From an uncultured Verrucomicrobiae bacterium (GTDB lineage Bacteria > Verrucomicrobiota > Verrucomicrobiia > Palsa-1439): a DNA stretch of 64,000 bases. The position numbers and the translations under genes were made by a program. The notes under the pieces were generated by a model. It ran no database searches. It was not told the DNA's origin and saw only the letters and a list, made by a program, of their open reading frames with translations. The stretch covers positions 32,001 through 96,000 of the forward strand of contig CAWEWF010000002.1 in NCBI GenBank assembly GCA_963812605.1, written 5' to 3'. Positions 51,012 to 61,360 of this stretch are shown piece by piece. Each line of letters starts with the position of its first letter. Position 1 is the first letter of the stretch.

Positions 51012-51938
51012 ATGAACACTCCCGTTGCGCTGATTCTATTCAACCGTCCCGAAACGACGGCCCGCGTCTTTGCCGAGATCGTCCGGGCGAAACCGAAAAA
51101 GCTCTTCCTGATCGCCGATGGTCCGCGCCCCGAGGTTGCGACCGATGTCGAAAAATGCGCCGCGGCGCGCGCGGTGGTCGCGCGTGTGGATTGGGAATGT
51201 GACGTGCAGCGCAAGTTCTCGGAGAGCAACCTGAGTTGTGGAATGTGTCCCGCGACGGGATTGACGTGGGTATTCGAGCACGTGGATCGCGCGATCGTGC
51301 TGGAAGATGATTGCGTGCCCGATCCGTCATTTTTCCCCTTCTGCGGGGAAATCCTCGAGCGCTACCGCGACGATGAACGGGTCATGCATGTGGCGGGGAA
51401 CAACTTTCAAGACGATCGACGTTTCGGAAATACGAGTTACTTCTTTTCGCGTCACAACATCTGTCTTGGTGGGTGGGCCACGTGGGCGCGCGCCTGGCAG
51501 CATTACGACATCGAGCTGAAGCGCTGGCCGGCGCTCCGGGACACGCCGTGGTTGGACTACATCGTGGGCGAGCCGCGCGGCGCAGCCGTGTGGCGGCGGA
51601 TTTTTGACGAAGCACACGCGGCCGGCACTCGGGCATCGTATTCGGACTATCAATGGACGTTTACCTGCTGGGCGGAAAACGGGTTATCTGCGATTCCAAC
51701 TGTCGAGTTGTGCCGGAATATCGGTTTCGACCATGACGCAACGCACGTTTTTTCAACGGATTGTCCGTGGCGCGTAGCGCAGACGGAGCCCATGAAGTTT
51801 CCGCTCGTGCATCCCTCCGGCATGACCCCCGACGCCGCCGCGGATCTGGCGTTCAACGAGCGCGTGCTGGTCGCCGAGGGATTCCGTCCGTACGGACTTC
51901 GCGAGAAAATCTCCCAGGCATTCGCCGCGTTGAAATAA
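51012..51938 (+). CDS. GT-A glycosyltransferase (FNRP/EDDC family), paralog of 46273
   Basis: PVALILFNRP, ADGPR, VLEDDC, GWATW.RAW, DYQW, NIGF. Confidence 0.85.
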   Translation: MNTPVALILFNRPETTARVFAEIVRAKPKKLFLIADGPRPEVATDVEKCAAARAVVARVDWECDVQRKFSESNLSCGMCPATGLTWVFEHVDRAIVLEDDCVPDPSFFPFCGEILERYRDDERVMHVAGNNFQDDRRFGNTSYFFSRHNICLGGWATWARAWQHYDIELKRWPALRDTPWLDYIVGEPRGAAVWRRIFDEAHAAGTRASYSDYQWTFTCWAENGLSAIPTVELCRNIGFDHDATHVFSTDCPWRVAQTEPMKFPLVHPSGMTPDAAADLAFNERVLVAEGFRPYGLREKISQAFAALK

Positions 51939-52056
51939 ACCACAGCAATGACTGACGCGACCGTGACTGCGCGCACGCCCGCAGGTGCACTGAACAAAGG
52001 CATGCGGCCGGTCAGGCCCTCCTGGTATCACGCATAACCGCCGTTAGAGCTTTCCT

Positions 52057-53073
52057 ATGCACTGCCCAAGATTGGCTGAGTTGCCGCCACCGCCGCCCGG
52101 CCGCACAGGCTGGCCATGGACGGTGGAAACGCCGCCGCTGGCCGCGACCGCATCGGCTGGCGCGCCATGGCCGTCAATCTCGATCGTGACTCCCTCCTTC
52201 AATCAAGGAGCCTACCTCGAGGAGACGATCCGCTCAATTCTGTTGCAGGGTTATCCGTGCCTCGAATACATCGTCATCGACGGCGGTTCCCGTGATGACA
52301 GCGCCGCGATTATCAAAAAATACGAGCGCTGGCTGACGCACTGGGTGTGCGAGCCCGACCAGGGGCAAGCGCACGCGATCAACAAGGGCCTCGCGCGATG
52401 CACTGGCGAGATTTTCCAGTGGATCAACTCCGATGACTATTTGCTCGCCGGCGCGCTCCAAAAAATTGCGACGGCCATTGAAGGTACGGATGCCGTTGCG
52501 GGCGCGGTCATGAACTTCGACGAGTCGGGTTATCAGGAATGCCTCGTCCCGGGTGAATTGAACGCCCTGAGAATGATCTTCGCCGAACCTTCCACCAGGT
52601 GGCACCAGCCCGGGCTGTGGTTCCGGCGCCAGAGCGTGATCGCCTCTGGTGGAATCGACGAATCCTACCACTACTCCTTCGATTGGGACCTCACGATCCG
52701 CTATCTGGGCAGGTTTGCTCACCTGAACTATTTGCCGGACGTACTGGTGCACTTTCGTCTGCACCCGCAATCCAAAACGGTCACCACCTGGGAGCGTTTC
52801 ATGGAGGAACGCTATCGGATATTGCATAAACTCGCCGAGACTTCGGCTCAACCGTTGATCCGCAAGGCCTGTCGTCAACAGATCCGCCGGCTGGATTGGT
52901 GGAACTTCATTGCCACGATTCGCGATGATCGCCGGCGATCGCGCCTACTGCGCGCGTTGTGCCTCGGCGCCGCCGCCTGTTGCGATCCGCGAATTCGCCT
53001 GACACGTCTCACATTAGGATCCATTCGACAGGTGCTGTTCCCCCTGCCGCCACCGCAGACAAACAGGAAGTAA
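52057..53073 (+). CDS. GT2 glycosyltransferase
   Basis: GWPW, ISIVTPSFNQG, DGGS.D, AINKG, WINSDD. Confidence 0.9.
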   Translation: MHCPRLAELPPPPPGRTGWPWTVETPPLAATASAGAPWPSISIVTPSFNQGAYLEETIRSILLQGYPCLEYIVIDGGSRDDSAAIIKKYERWLTHWVCEPDQGQAHAINKGLARCTGEIFQWINSDDYLLAGALQKIATAIEGTDAVAGAVMNFDESGYQECLVPGELNALRMIFAEPSTRWHQPGLWFRRQSVIASGGIDESYHYSFDWDLTIRYLGRFAHLNYLPDVLVHFRLHPQSKTVTTWERFMEERYRILHKLAETSAQPLIRKACRQQIRRLDWWNFIATIRDDRRRSRLLRALCLGAAACCDPRIRLTRLTLGSIRQVLFPLPPPQTNRK

Positions 53074-53076
53074 TCT

Positions 53077-54060
53077 ATGAACCAACTCATTAGCGTCATC
53101 ATTCCCATGTTCAACGCCGAGCGCTGGATCGTCGAGACGCTCGCCAGTGTAGAGGCACAAACCTATCCGCAGGAACTCATCGAGATCATCGCGGTCGACG
53201 ATGGCTCGACGGATGCGAGCGCCGAGATCGTCGCGCGGCAGTTTCCCCGCGTGAAGCTGCTTCGGACCCCGAACGGCGGGGCGAGCCGCGCCCGCAATGC
53301 CGGCACGGCGGTCGCGCGTGGCGTATTTCTTCAGTATCTCGACGCCGACGATCTGCTGGTACGCGACAAACTGATGCGGCAGGTCCAAGCGCTGGAAAAC
53401 ACGGGCGCTGACGCGGCGTACGGCGATTGGCAGGGGCTGATCCTGCAGGACGACGGCACGTTCAAGCACGGCGACGTGATACAACGCAAGATGGAAGAGG
53501 ACCCCGAGATCGCCTTGCTCGTCGATTTCTGGTGCCCGCCAGCCGCGTACCTCTTTCACCATGAACTCGTCAAGCGGGTCGGTGGTTGGAACGAACATTT
53601 GCCCGTCATCCAGGATGCGCGTTTCACGCTCGATTGCGCGCTGCATGGCGCGCAGTTCACCTACTGCCGCGGGACGATGGCCTATTACCGCATCCACTCG
53701 CAGCACTCCCTCTCGCGCCGCGACCCGGCCGCGTTCATTGCCGACTGCTTCCACAATGCGCGGGAAGTCGAGGAATGGTTCCAGGAGCATGGCGGCATCA
53801 CGGCCAAGCGTCGCGCCGCACTCATCAAGGTCTTCGAGCAGGTCGCGCGGGCCTCGTATGAAAACGATCCGGACACATTCGAGACAGCGTTCGAGGCCCT
53901 CGAACGGCTCAGCCCGGGCGGCTACGTGCCCTCGCATCCGAAACACTTGGCGCTCGCGTCGAAGATCGTTGGTTATCGGAGCGCTGAAGCGCTGGCGGTC
54001 ACGTATCGTAAAAGCAAGGCCCTGCTCAAAACCTACGCGGAAGGGCAACGACCTCGCTGA
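53077..54060 (+). CDS. GT2 glycosyltransferase
   Basis: SVIIP.FN, VDDGSTD, ARNAG, LDADD. Confidence 0.9.
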   Translation: MNQLISVIIPMFNAERWIVETLASVEAQTYPQELIEIIAVDDGSTDASAEIVARQFPRVKLLRTPNGGASRARNAGTAVARGVFLQYLDADDLLVRDKLMRQVQALENTGADAAYGDWQGLILQDDGTFKHGDVIQRKMEEDPEIALLVDFWCPPAAYLFHHELVKRVGGWNEHLPVIQDARFTLDCALHGAQFTYCRGTMAYYRIHSQHSLSRRDPAAFIADCFHNAREVEEWFQEHGGITAKRRAALIKVFEQVARASYENDPDTFETAFEALERLSPGGYVPSHPKHLALASKIVGYRSAEALAVTYRKSKALLKTYAEGQRPR

Positions 54061-54119
54061 CGAACGACGCGGTTTCCACGGAATCATATGCGTTTCGCTG
54101 CCCCGACCAAGGCGCGCTC

Positions 54120-55493
54120 ATGAAGGTCATCCACATTCCATTCTGTTTCCCACCGGACCCCTTTGGGGGAACAGAGGTATACGTCGCCAACCTCGCACGG
54201 GACCTGCAAGGGCTCGGTGTGGATGCCATGGTCGCCGCGCCCAGTGAAACAACTCGCGCCTACACGACGGATGGTCTATGCGTCCGTCGGTACGCCGTCA
54301 GCAACAAAGTAACCGATGTCGCACAACTTTATGGGCCCGGTGATCTACTGGCGGCGACCGAATTTGCGAAGATTCTCGACGAAGAAACGCCGGACCTGGT
54401 CCATTTGCACGCTTTTACACCCGGCGTGTCATTGCGGGTGGTCCAAGCGGCCAAGAAACGCGGCCTTCCGGTGGTTTTCACCTACCACACGCCGACGGTG
54501 AGTTGTCAGCGAGGCACGCTATTGCTATGGGGAAAGGGTTTTTGTGATGGAAAGTTGGATCTCGTCCGCTGCACCGGTTGCACGCTCAACGGCCTTGGAA
54601 TCCATGCTCCACTGGCCGCGGGGATGGGTCGGTTGCCCCCTGCGGTCGGCCGCTGGCTGGGTGACCGCGGCTTGCAGGGTGGCATCTGGACGGCCCTGCG
54701 GATGAGCGAGTTGATTAATGTACGTCACGCGGCTTTCCGCAAGATGACTTCGGAAGTGGACCATATCGTAGCCGTCTGTAATTGGGTCCAGGATGTGATA
54801 CTCCTCAACGAAGTTCCCAAGGCCAAAGTCTCCCTCTCACGACATGGGATCAACTGGACGCCCGACCAAACGACCGCAGCCACCCGAGACTCAACACGCG
54901 AGCCGGGAGACACATTACGACTGGCCTTTGTGGGCCGATTGGATTCCACCAAGGGGCTGCACCTTCTTATCAGCGCGTTCAAGATGGCCCCGGCGCTTAA
55001 AGCCAGGCTCGATGTTTATGGTATCGTGCAGGGATCCGCCAACGTCGCCTATCAGAAGGAAATGCTGACGCTTGCCAACGGTGATCCGCGCATTTCGTTC
55101 CTGGAGCCTGTCGCGCCGGAACAAGTCGTGGTGCGCCTGCGACACTATGATTTTTTAGCCATCCCTTCCCAATGGCTCGAGACGGGTCCATTGGTCGCGC
55201 TGGAAGCTTTTGCCGCGGGGATTCCCGTGATCGGTTGGAAGCTCGGCGGCATCAACGAAATCGTACAACATGGGGTCAACGGCCTGCTGATTGAGCCGAA
55301 CTCGGTCGCGCGTTGGGCGGAGACGCTGCAACGCGTGGCAGAGGACGCCAAGCTGCGGGCGCACCTCAAGGCCGGAGTCCGTCCGCCACGAACCAGCGTC
55401 GAGGTCGCGCGCGAAATGTTGAGGCTGTACGAATCGCTCCTCGCACGGAAATCAACCAGGCGCGTCGAGCATCCGGCTGAAAAAGTGTATTAA
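54120..55493 (+). CDS. GT4 glycosyltransferase
   Basis: GGTEVY, VGRL...KG, PSQWLETGPLVALEA. Confidence 0.9.
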   Translation: MKVIHIPFCFPPDPFGGTEVYVANLARDLQGLGVDAMVAAPSETTRAYTTDGLCVRRYAVSNKVTDVAQLYGPGDLLAATEFAKILDEETPDLVHLHAFTPGVSLRVVQAAKKRGLPVVFTYHTPTVSCQRGTLLLWGKGFCDGKLDLVRCTGCTLNGLGIHAPLAAGMGRLPPAVGRWLGDRGLQGGIWTALRMSELINVRHAAFRKMTSEVDHIVAVCNWVQDVILLNEVPKAKVSLSRHGINWTPDQTTAATRDSTREPGDTLRLAFVGRLDSTKGLHLLISAFKMAPALKARLDVYGIVQGSANVAYQKEMLTLANGDPRISFLEPVAPEQVVVRLRHYDFLAIPSQWLETGPLVALEAFAAGIPVIGWKLGGINEIVQHGVNGLLIEPNSVARWAETLQRVAEDAKLRAHLKAGVRPPRTSVEVAREMLRLYESLLARKSTRRVEHPAEKVY

Positions 55494-55500
55494 ACTCTTC

Positions 55501-56649
55501 ATGGGGCGTATTCTCTACATCCAGTATACCAATCCCGCCCTCTATCCTCCGTTGGAACACAGTTCGCGACTCCTTGCCGACGCCGGTTGGGACGTGCTCT
55601 TTCTCGGAACGGGAGCGGAGGGCCTCTGTTTCCCACATCACGACCGGATCACTGTGAAGGAAATTCCATTTCAATCGCCGGGCTGGCGGCAAAAGCTGCA
55701 CTATGCGCGGTTCGCGCTCTGGACCCTCTTTTGGACAGTCCGCTGGCGTCCTGCCTGGGTGTATGCTTCGGACCCGTTGTCCTGTCCTGCGGCCTTGGTG
55801 CTGAGTTACCTACGGGGAATCCGCGTGGCCTATCACGAACATGATTCGCCCAGCTCGGCGCACACCCGGTTCATGCGGTTCGTACTCTGGACGCGCCGGT
55901 CCCTGTCCACCCGGGCGGCGTTGTGCATTCTCCCGAACGTACAGCGCGCCGAACGTTTCGCCAAGGAAATCGGAAATGGCGTGCACGTGGATTGCGTTTG
56001 GAATTGTCCTACGCGCGATGAAGTTCCCAAGGCGCGTTCACCCCTGGACCGCAACATCGTGCGAGTTCTTTACCACGGCTCGATTGTCCCCGCGCGCCTG
56101 CCCACGACGGTCTTGACCGCCCTGACCATGCTGCCCGAGTGTGTGCGCCTGCGCGTCGTCGGTTATGAAACGATCGGCCACAGGGGATACGTCCGGCAAC
56201 TGCAGGAACTGGCCGCGCAACTGGGAATTGCCGACCGCGTGGAGTTTCTGGGAGCAGTGCCGCAGCGGCAGGAATTGCTCGCGCTGTGTCGCCAATGTGA
56301 CATAGGGTTGTCTCTGATGCCACAACAAAGCCTGGACAATAACGAACAGACCATGACGGGTGCATCGAACAAACCGTTCGATTACCTGGCGTGCGGTCTG
56401 GCACTGCTCGTATCCGATTTGCCCGATTGGCGGGCGTTATACCTGGACCATGGCCACGCGCTGGCGGTCGATCCGGCCGATCCCGTCAGTATTGCGACGG
56501 CCGTGCGCTGGCTGCTGGAACATCCCGGCGAATTGCGGGCCATGGGCGAGCGCGGGCGGCAGCGCATTTTATGCGAATGGAACTACGAACAGCAGTTCGC
56601 CCCGGTGCTGCAGCAGCTCACGAAACAACCTTTCCAAGCGAGGACTTGA
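55501..56649 (+). CDS. GT4-like glycosyltransferase
   Basis: YHGSI, DIGL, SNKPFDYLACGL. Confidence 0.85.
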   Translation: MGRILYIQYTNPALYPPLEHSSRLLADAGWDVLFLGTGAEGLCFPHHDRITVKEIPFQSPGWRQKLHYARFALWTLFWTVRWRPAWVYASDPLSCPAALVLSYLRGIRVAYHEHDSPSSAHTRFMRFVLWTRRSLSTRAALCILPNVQRAERFAKEIGNGVHVDCVWNCPTRDEVPKARSPLDRNIVRVLYHGSIVPARLPTTVLTALTMLPECVRLRVVGYETIGHRGYVRQLQELAAQLGIADRVEFLGAVPQRQELLALCRQCDIGLSLMPQQSLDNNEQTMTGASNKPFDYLACGLALLVSDLPDWRALYLDHGHALAVDPADPVSIATAVRWLLEHPGELRAMGERGRQRILCEWNYEQQFAPVLQQLTKQPFQART

Positions 56650-56771
56650 CATTGTTGCCGCGCACCTGGGAACTTCGCATGTCCTTATTGGCGAAGGGAC
56701 GCCACGGGATGGAACTACCAGTGACCATTTGGCTGTGGTATTAACATGCTAACCGGAAAGGAGACGTAAAG

Positions 56772-57668
56772 ATGTCCAATTCAAAAGGCCGAGGCACGCG
56801 TCCACCATCCAAGAAATGGTTGCTCGTAAAGGCTTATCGGTTACTCACCGATTTTTCTGGAGATGATGACGGCCGGGTTCTGCTACCCGTGCTGCGAGGC
56901 CCGGCACGGGGACTGCGGTTCCGCCTGGACCTGATGTCGGGACTGGAAGGGGGATATTTCGTAGGCCGTTATGACCCGAAGATCCTGCGGCTGATCGAGA
57001 AACTTTGTCAACGGGGGTGGTGCGTTTGGGACTGCGGTGGTTATCTCGGCTTTTATACGGCCTTCTTCGCGAGACTTGTTGGACCCAAGGGTTCCGTCGT
57101 GGTCTTTGAGCCCGATCCCCGAAACATGCTGAGAATCAAGAGCAACATGCAACTCAACAAATTCGAGCACGTGCAATTCGTTCACTCCGCCATTGGCGCT
57201 CCCTGCGGTGAAGTTGATTTCTTCCTTTCCGACAATACAAACTCCCACATTCCCGGCGCCTATGTGGGCGCTACGCGAGAAAGTTATGCGAAAATCGAAC
57301 AGGCGACCCAACGCTTGCGAGTTCCTTGTTTGGGCCTCGACCAAGCCTGTTTTGATAAGGGCTTGCCACGTCCGCAACTCATCAAGTTGGACATCGACGG
57401 AGCCGAAATGATTGCACTCCAGCATATCGAACGACTGGCTCGTGAAGTAAGGCCCCTGATCATCCTGGAGCTCCACAATCCGGAGTGCGACCGCGCCGCC
57501 TGGGATTTTGCCCGCACGACACATTATTCTCTTCGCTCTCTGGATACCGGTCAACAGATCCAGAGACCCGGAACAAGTGGGAGGCACACTGCTATGCACC
57601 CCCGGGGAATAGACGCGCAGTATGGACAGTTTCGTGATGGCTCGGGGTTTGAATACGCATGTCACTAG
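56772..57668 (+). CDS. FkbM-family methyltransferase
   Basis: WDCGGYLGFY, VVVFEP.P, IKLDIDGAE; tail possibly frameshifted. Confidence 0.85.
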   Translation: MSNSKGRGTRPPSKKWLLVKAYRLLTDFSGDDDGRVLLPVLRGPARGLRFRLDLMSGLEGGYFVGRYDPKILRLIEKLCQRGWCVWDCGGYLGFYTAFFARLVGPKGSVVVFEPDPRNMLRIKSNMQLNKFEHVQFVHSAIGAPCGEVDFFLSDNTNSHIPGAYVGATRESYAKIEQATQRLRVPCLGLDQACFDKGLPRPQLIKLDIDGAEMIALQHIERLAREVRPLIILELHNPECDRAAWDFARTTHYSLRSLDTGQQIQRPGTSGRHTAMHPRGIDAQYGQFRDGSGFEYACH

Positions 57669-58843
57669 CAGTCATTGAGACGCACCCGATCCAGTATCAC
57701 GCGCCGGTGTACCGGGAATTGCAAAGAAATTGGGGCGTTCCTGTGACGGCGATCTACGGTTCGGATTTCAGCGTCACCGGCTACCGCGACCGCGAGTTTG
57801 GCGCCACGTTTGCGTGGGACACGGATTTACTGTCCGGTTATTCACCGATTTTTCTCGATCGAGTCGCGGACGGAGGCCCCACCTCAGACGCCGAAGTGAC
57901 CGCTTTCGGACTTCGCGACAAATTGCGGCAGGCCAAACCCGACGCGGTCATGATACTCGGGTACAGTCCACGCTTCCATCGCCAGGCGTTTTTTGCCGCG
58001 CGCCGGGCGGGTCTTCCGGTTCTATTTCGGGGCGAGACGACCGATCACGCCCGATCGCGCGGCGTCGTTAAATCATGGGCTCGCGAAAACGTGTTGCGTT
58101 GGCTCTACCAGCGCTGTGCCAGGCTCCTCTATGTCGGCCAACGCTCGCTCGAACATTACGGCCGTCATGGATGTCCCGCCGAGAAACTGATCTTTTCGCC
58201 ATACTGCGTCGATATCGCACCGTTTCAGTGCGATGAAGCCGCGCGCGGGCGATTTCGGGCGGCCACCCGCTCGACTCTCGGTGCGCGTGACGAGAAAAAG
58301 GTGATTGTTTTCTCCGGCAAGCTGAGTGCACGCAAAGGCCCCGATTTGTTATTGCGGGCCATCAAGCGGTTGCCGGCCGAGGCGCGGGAACGACTAGTGG
58401 TCATGTTTCTTGGCAGCGGCGAGTTGCAGGATGCCCTCCAGGCACTCGGAAGGCAATCGCCCGCCGTCAGCGTACATTTCCTCGGTTTTCAGAACCAAAC
58501 GCAGCTGAGTCCATACTATCACGCGGCGGATCTGTTGGTGTTGCCCAGCGTGGTGTCGGAAACGTGGGGCCTGGTCGTGAATGAAGCCCTGCATCACGGA
58601 CTGCCCTGTGTTGTTTCGGAGGCCGTCGGCTGCGCACCGGACCTTGTCGAGCCCGGCGTGACGGGTGAAGTATTCGTGAGCGGATCCGAAGCGAGCCTCG
58701 CGGACACCCTCACGAAAGCCCTCCGGCTGACGGAGCGGGCCGAAGTTCGGGCGAAGTGCCGTGAGAAGATTGGCGGTTATACGATTGGGAAAGCTGCCGA
58801 AGGGATCGCGCGCGCGTTCTCGGCGGTCGTTCCTCGCGCATGA
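57659..58843 (+). CDS. GT4 glycosyltransferase
   Basis: HPIQY.AP, SGKL..RKG, ETWGLVVNEA. Confidence 0.9.
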   Translation: MSLAVIETHPIQYHAPVYRELQRNWGVPVTAIYGSDFSVTGYRDREFGATFAWDTDLLSGYSPIFLDRVADGGPTSDAEVTAFGLRDKLRQAKPDAVMILGYSPRFHRQAFFAARRAGLPVLFRGETTDHARSRGVVKSWARENVLRWLYQRCARLLYVGQRSLEHYGRHGCPAEKLIFSPYCVDIAPFQCDEAARGRFRAATRSTLGARDEKKVIVFSGKLSARKGPDLLLRAIKRLPAEARERLVVMFLGSGELQDALQALGRQSPAVSVHFLGFQNQTQLSPYYHAADLLVLPSVVSETWGLVVNEALHHGLPCVVSEAVGCAPDLVEPGVTGEVFVSGSEASLADTLTKALRLTERAEVRAKCREKIGGYTIGKAAEGIARAFSAVVPRA

Positions 58844-59859
58844 AACAAACACTGTTACTCGTCGGCAACCCGGACCCGATTCACATCGGCGCGCATCTGT
58901 TGCGCGCCGGGGCAGAGCTCGGGGTCGAAACTGTGTTCTGCAACATGGCTGACGCTTACGTCGGCTCGTTATGGGAGAACCGGGCGAACTGGTGGCTGCG
59001 CGGGCGGTTGCCGACACGGTTGCGGGAATTCAGCTCCCACGTGCTGGCAACCTGCCGTGACACCCGACCAACGTTCTTGCTGGCAACGGGCATCGCGCCG
59101 CTTGACGAAGCCGCCCTGAAGGAGATGGGGAAACTACACGTGACCCGCCTGAACTACCTGACGGATGATCCCTGGAATCCCGCACACCGGGCCTCGTGGT
59201 ATCTCCGGGCCGTGCTGCGGTATGATTACATTTTCTCGCCGCGTCGCGCCACGTTGGGCGATTTGCGCGGACACGGTTGTCTCAGCGCCTGCTACCTGCC
59301 GTTCGCCTACGCGCCCGAGGTTCACTTCCCGGAGGCGCCGGCCAGCGACGCGGAGCGCGCCCGTCTTGCGTCTGACATCGTTTTTGCCGGCGGCGCCGAC
59401 CGCGACCGCGTGCCGTACATGCAAGCGTTGCTGCAAGCTGGTTTTAACGTCGCGCTCTACGGCGGTTACTGGGAACGCTACCCCCAGACGGCCCGCGTCG
59501 CGCGCGGACACATCGACGCGGCGACCTTGCGGAAGGCCGTCAGCGCCGCCAAGGTGTCGTTGTGCCTGGTGCGGCGCGCGAATCGTGACGGCCATGTAAT
59601 GCGCACCTTCGAGTTGCCGGCGATGGGGGCCTGTATGTTGGCAGAGGACACGATCGAGCATCGCGAAATTTTTGGCGACGACGGCGAGGCCGTGGTCTAT
59701 TTTCGCACGCACGATGAGATGGTGAACAAACTTCGCTGGTTGCTGGCGCATGACGACGAACGTCGCCGCCTGGCGGACGCGGCGCACCGCGTCATCACAA
59801 AATCCCCGAATACGTATCGCGACAGGCTGGCCGCGATGTTGGAGCGCGCGTCCACATGA
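58840..59859 (+). CDS. CgeB/Glyco_trans_1_2-type glycosyltransferase
   Basis: DDPW, DIVFAG, YGGYW, RANRDGH.MRTFE.PAMG. Confidence 0.8.
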   Translation: MKQTLLLVGNPDPIHIGAHLLRAGAELGVETVFCNMADAYVGSLWENRANWWLRGRLPTRLREFSSHVLATCRDTRPTFLLATGIAPLDEAALKEMGKLHVTRLNYLTDDPWNPAHRASWYLRAVLRYDYIFSPRRATLGDLRGHGCLSACYLPFAYAPEVHFPEAPASDAERARLASDIVFAGGADRDRVPYMQALLQAGFNVALYGGYWERYPQTARVARGHIDAATLRKAVSAAKVSLCLVRRANRDGHVMRTFELPAMGACMLAEDTIEHREIFGDDGEAVVYFRTHDEMVNKLRWLLAHDDERRRLADAAHRVITKSPNTYRDRLAAMLERAST

Positions 59860-60007
59860 AGTCTCGCGTTGCCATCGTGATGCCCGGCGCGGTGCTGCGG
59901 ATCGCGCACGAATTTCAGACGCGGGCAGAGGATGACGTGGCCGGTCATCTTGAGTTATTCATCCGGCAACGTCGCTCGCACCGCGTACTGGCGGCGGGAG
60001 TCCGAAG

Positions 60008-61360
60008 TTGATCACCGATTTCAACCTTGTTTGTGTTCTCATCTGGGGCATCATTGGGGCCGTGGCCTACTTTGTAACCGTAAGCCGCCAATGGTGCGGA
60101 GTGGGTTTGACGCTGGCCTTCTTCTTGAACATGACCCTGATCCACTGGTTCAGCGGCATCATCCTTCTCCTGCCCTGGTACACGCCGTGGGAATACTACA
60201 GCACCGTTCAGGGTTTCAGGATGAGCACCTTGGGAATCGTCGGATTTGCTGTGGGCTGCTTCGGCATTGCACCCCTGGTCTTCAAAGGGCCGTCGCAGGC
60301 GGAAGAATTCCCGGTATCCGAATCGGCCCCAAAGATCTTCCGCATTTTCCTGACGGTGGGCCTTGCTTCCTTTCTTCTTGGCGCGGCCGGGCTTGCCAAG
60401 ATACCGACCCTGAGTGCGATCGTGACTAGCGCGCAGGGGTTCGTTTTCGCCGCGATCGGCTTCGGAATCTGGCAGTCCTATCTGACCCAGAACCGGAAAC
60501 AACTTTGGTTGCTTCTCACAAGCATCCCGATTTTTCCGGTCCTGACCACCATGCTACAGGGGTTTCTGGGATTTGGAGTCTGGTACGCCATCACTGTCCT
60601 GTGCTTCTTTATCGCCGTTTACCGTCCCCGTTTGCGGGTCTGCCTGCTCGCGCTTCCCCTGGGGTATTTGGCTCTTTCCTTTTACGTAACTTATATGCGC
60701 GACCGGGCGGAACTGCGATCGGCCGTCTGGCAGGGGGATAAATTTGAAACGCGGGTGATCCAGGCCGAGAAGTTGATCGACCAGTTTGAATGGTTCGACC
60801 CCTGGAACCACGAACACCTGCACCGAGTGGACATTCGGTTGAATTACAATTGGTTGGTCGGGGCCGCCATATCCCATTTGCAGCTTACGAAGGGGTTCGG
60901 CAGGGGAGAGACGCTATGGATGAGCGTCCTCACCCTGATCCCGCGAGTTGTGTGGCCGGACAAGCCAATCCGGGCCGGCAGCATGGACTTCGCAACGCGC
61001 TATGCCGGTATTCCAGTCCCGGAAGGGACATCCATCGGCATGGGCCTGATTTTTGAATTCTACGTCAACTATGGCGAGTATGGTGTCCTCATTGGCATGC
61101 TGGTCATGGGGATTCTTGTGGGGGTGGCGGATCGGAAGGCCGGAGCCGAGTTGCGGTGGGGATCGCCCATTGCTTTTGCGCGATGGTTGATAATCGGGGT
61201 CTTTCTGCTGGACGTGGGCGGCTCGCTCATCGAAGTTGTTCCAGGCATCATCCTTGCTGTAATCTGGACGGCTGGACTAAAGCATGTATATGGGAAAACA
61301 CTGACGGAGAATGTCTCCGATTCGGCGCCAGTGATCGAAATCGACGCGACGCATCCATGA
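60008..61360 (+). CDS. Polytopic membrane protein, Wzy-like polymerase candidate
   Basis: About 10 hydrophobic segments, a large loop, and IPRVVWPDKP and EFYVNYG motifs typical of O-antigen polymerases; start uncertain. Confidence 0.7.
   Translation: MITDFNLVCVLIWGIIGAVAYFVTVSRQWCGVGLTLAFFLNMTLIHWFSGIILLLPWYTPWEYYSTVQGFRMSTLGIVGFAVGCFGIAPLVFKGPSQAEEFPVSESAPKIFRIFLTVGLASFLLGAAGLAKIPTLSAIVTSAQGFVFAAIGFGIWQSYLTQNRKQLWLLLTSIPIFPVLTTMLQGFLGFGVWYAITVLCFFIAVYRPRLRVCLLALPLGYLALSFYVTYMRDRAELRSAVWQGDKFETRVIQAEKLIDQFEWFDPWNHEHLHRVDIRLNYNWLVGAAISHLQLTKGFGRGETLWMSVLTLIPRVVWPDKPIRAGSMDFATRYAGIPVPEGTSIGMGLIFEFYVNYGEYGVLIGMLVMGILVGVADRKAGAELRWGSPIAFARWLIIGVFLLDVGGSLIEVVPGIILAVIWTAGLKHVYGKTLTENVSDSAPVIEIDATHP

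Noticed and set aside
1-58000. Programmed frameshifting or phase variation as the cause of split ORFs
   Set aside because: Breaks are scattered over unrelated genes, with no long homopolymer or slippery tracts seen; sequencing indels are the simpler explanation.
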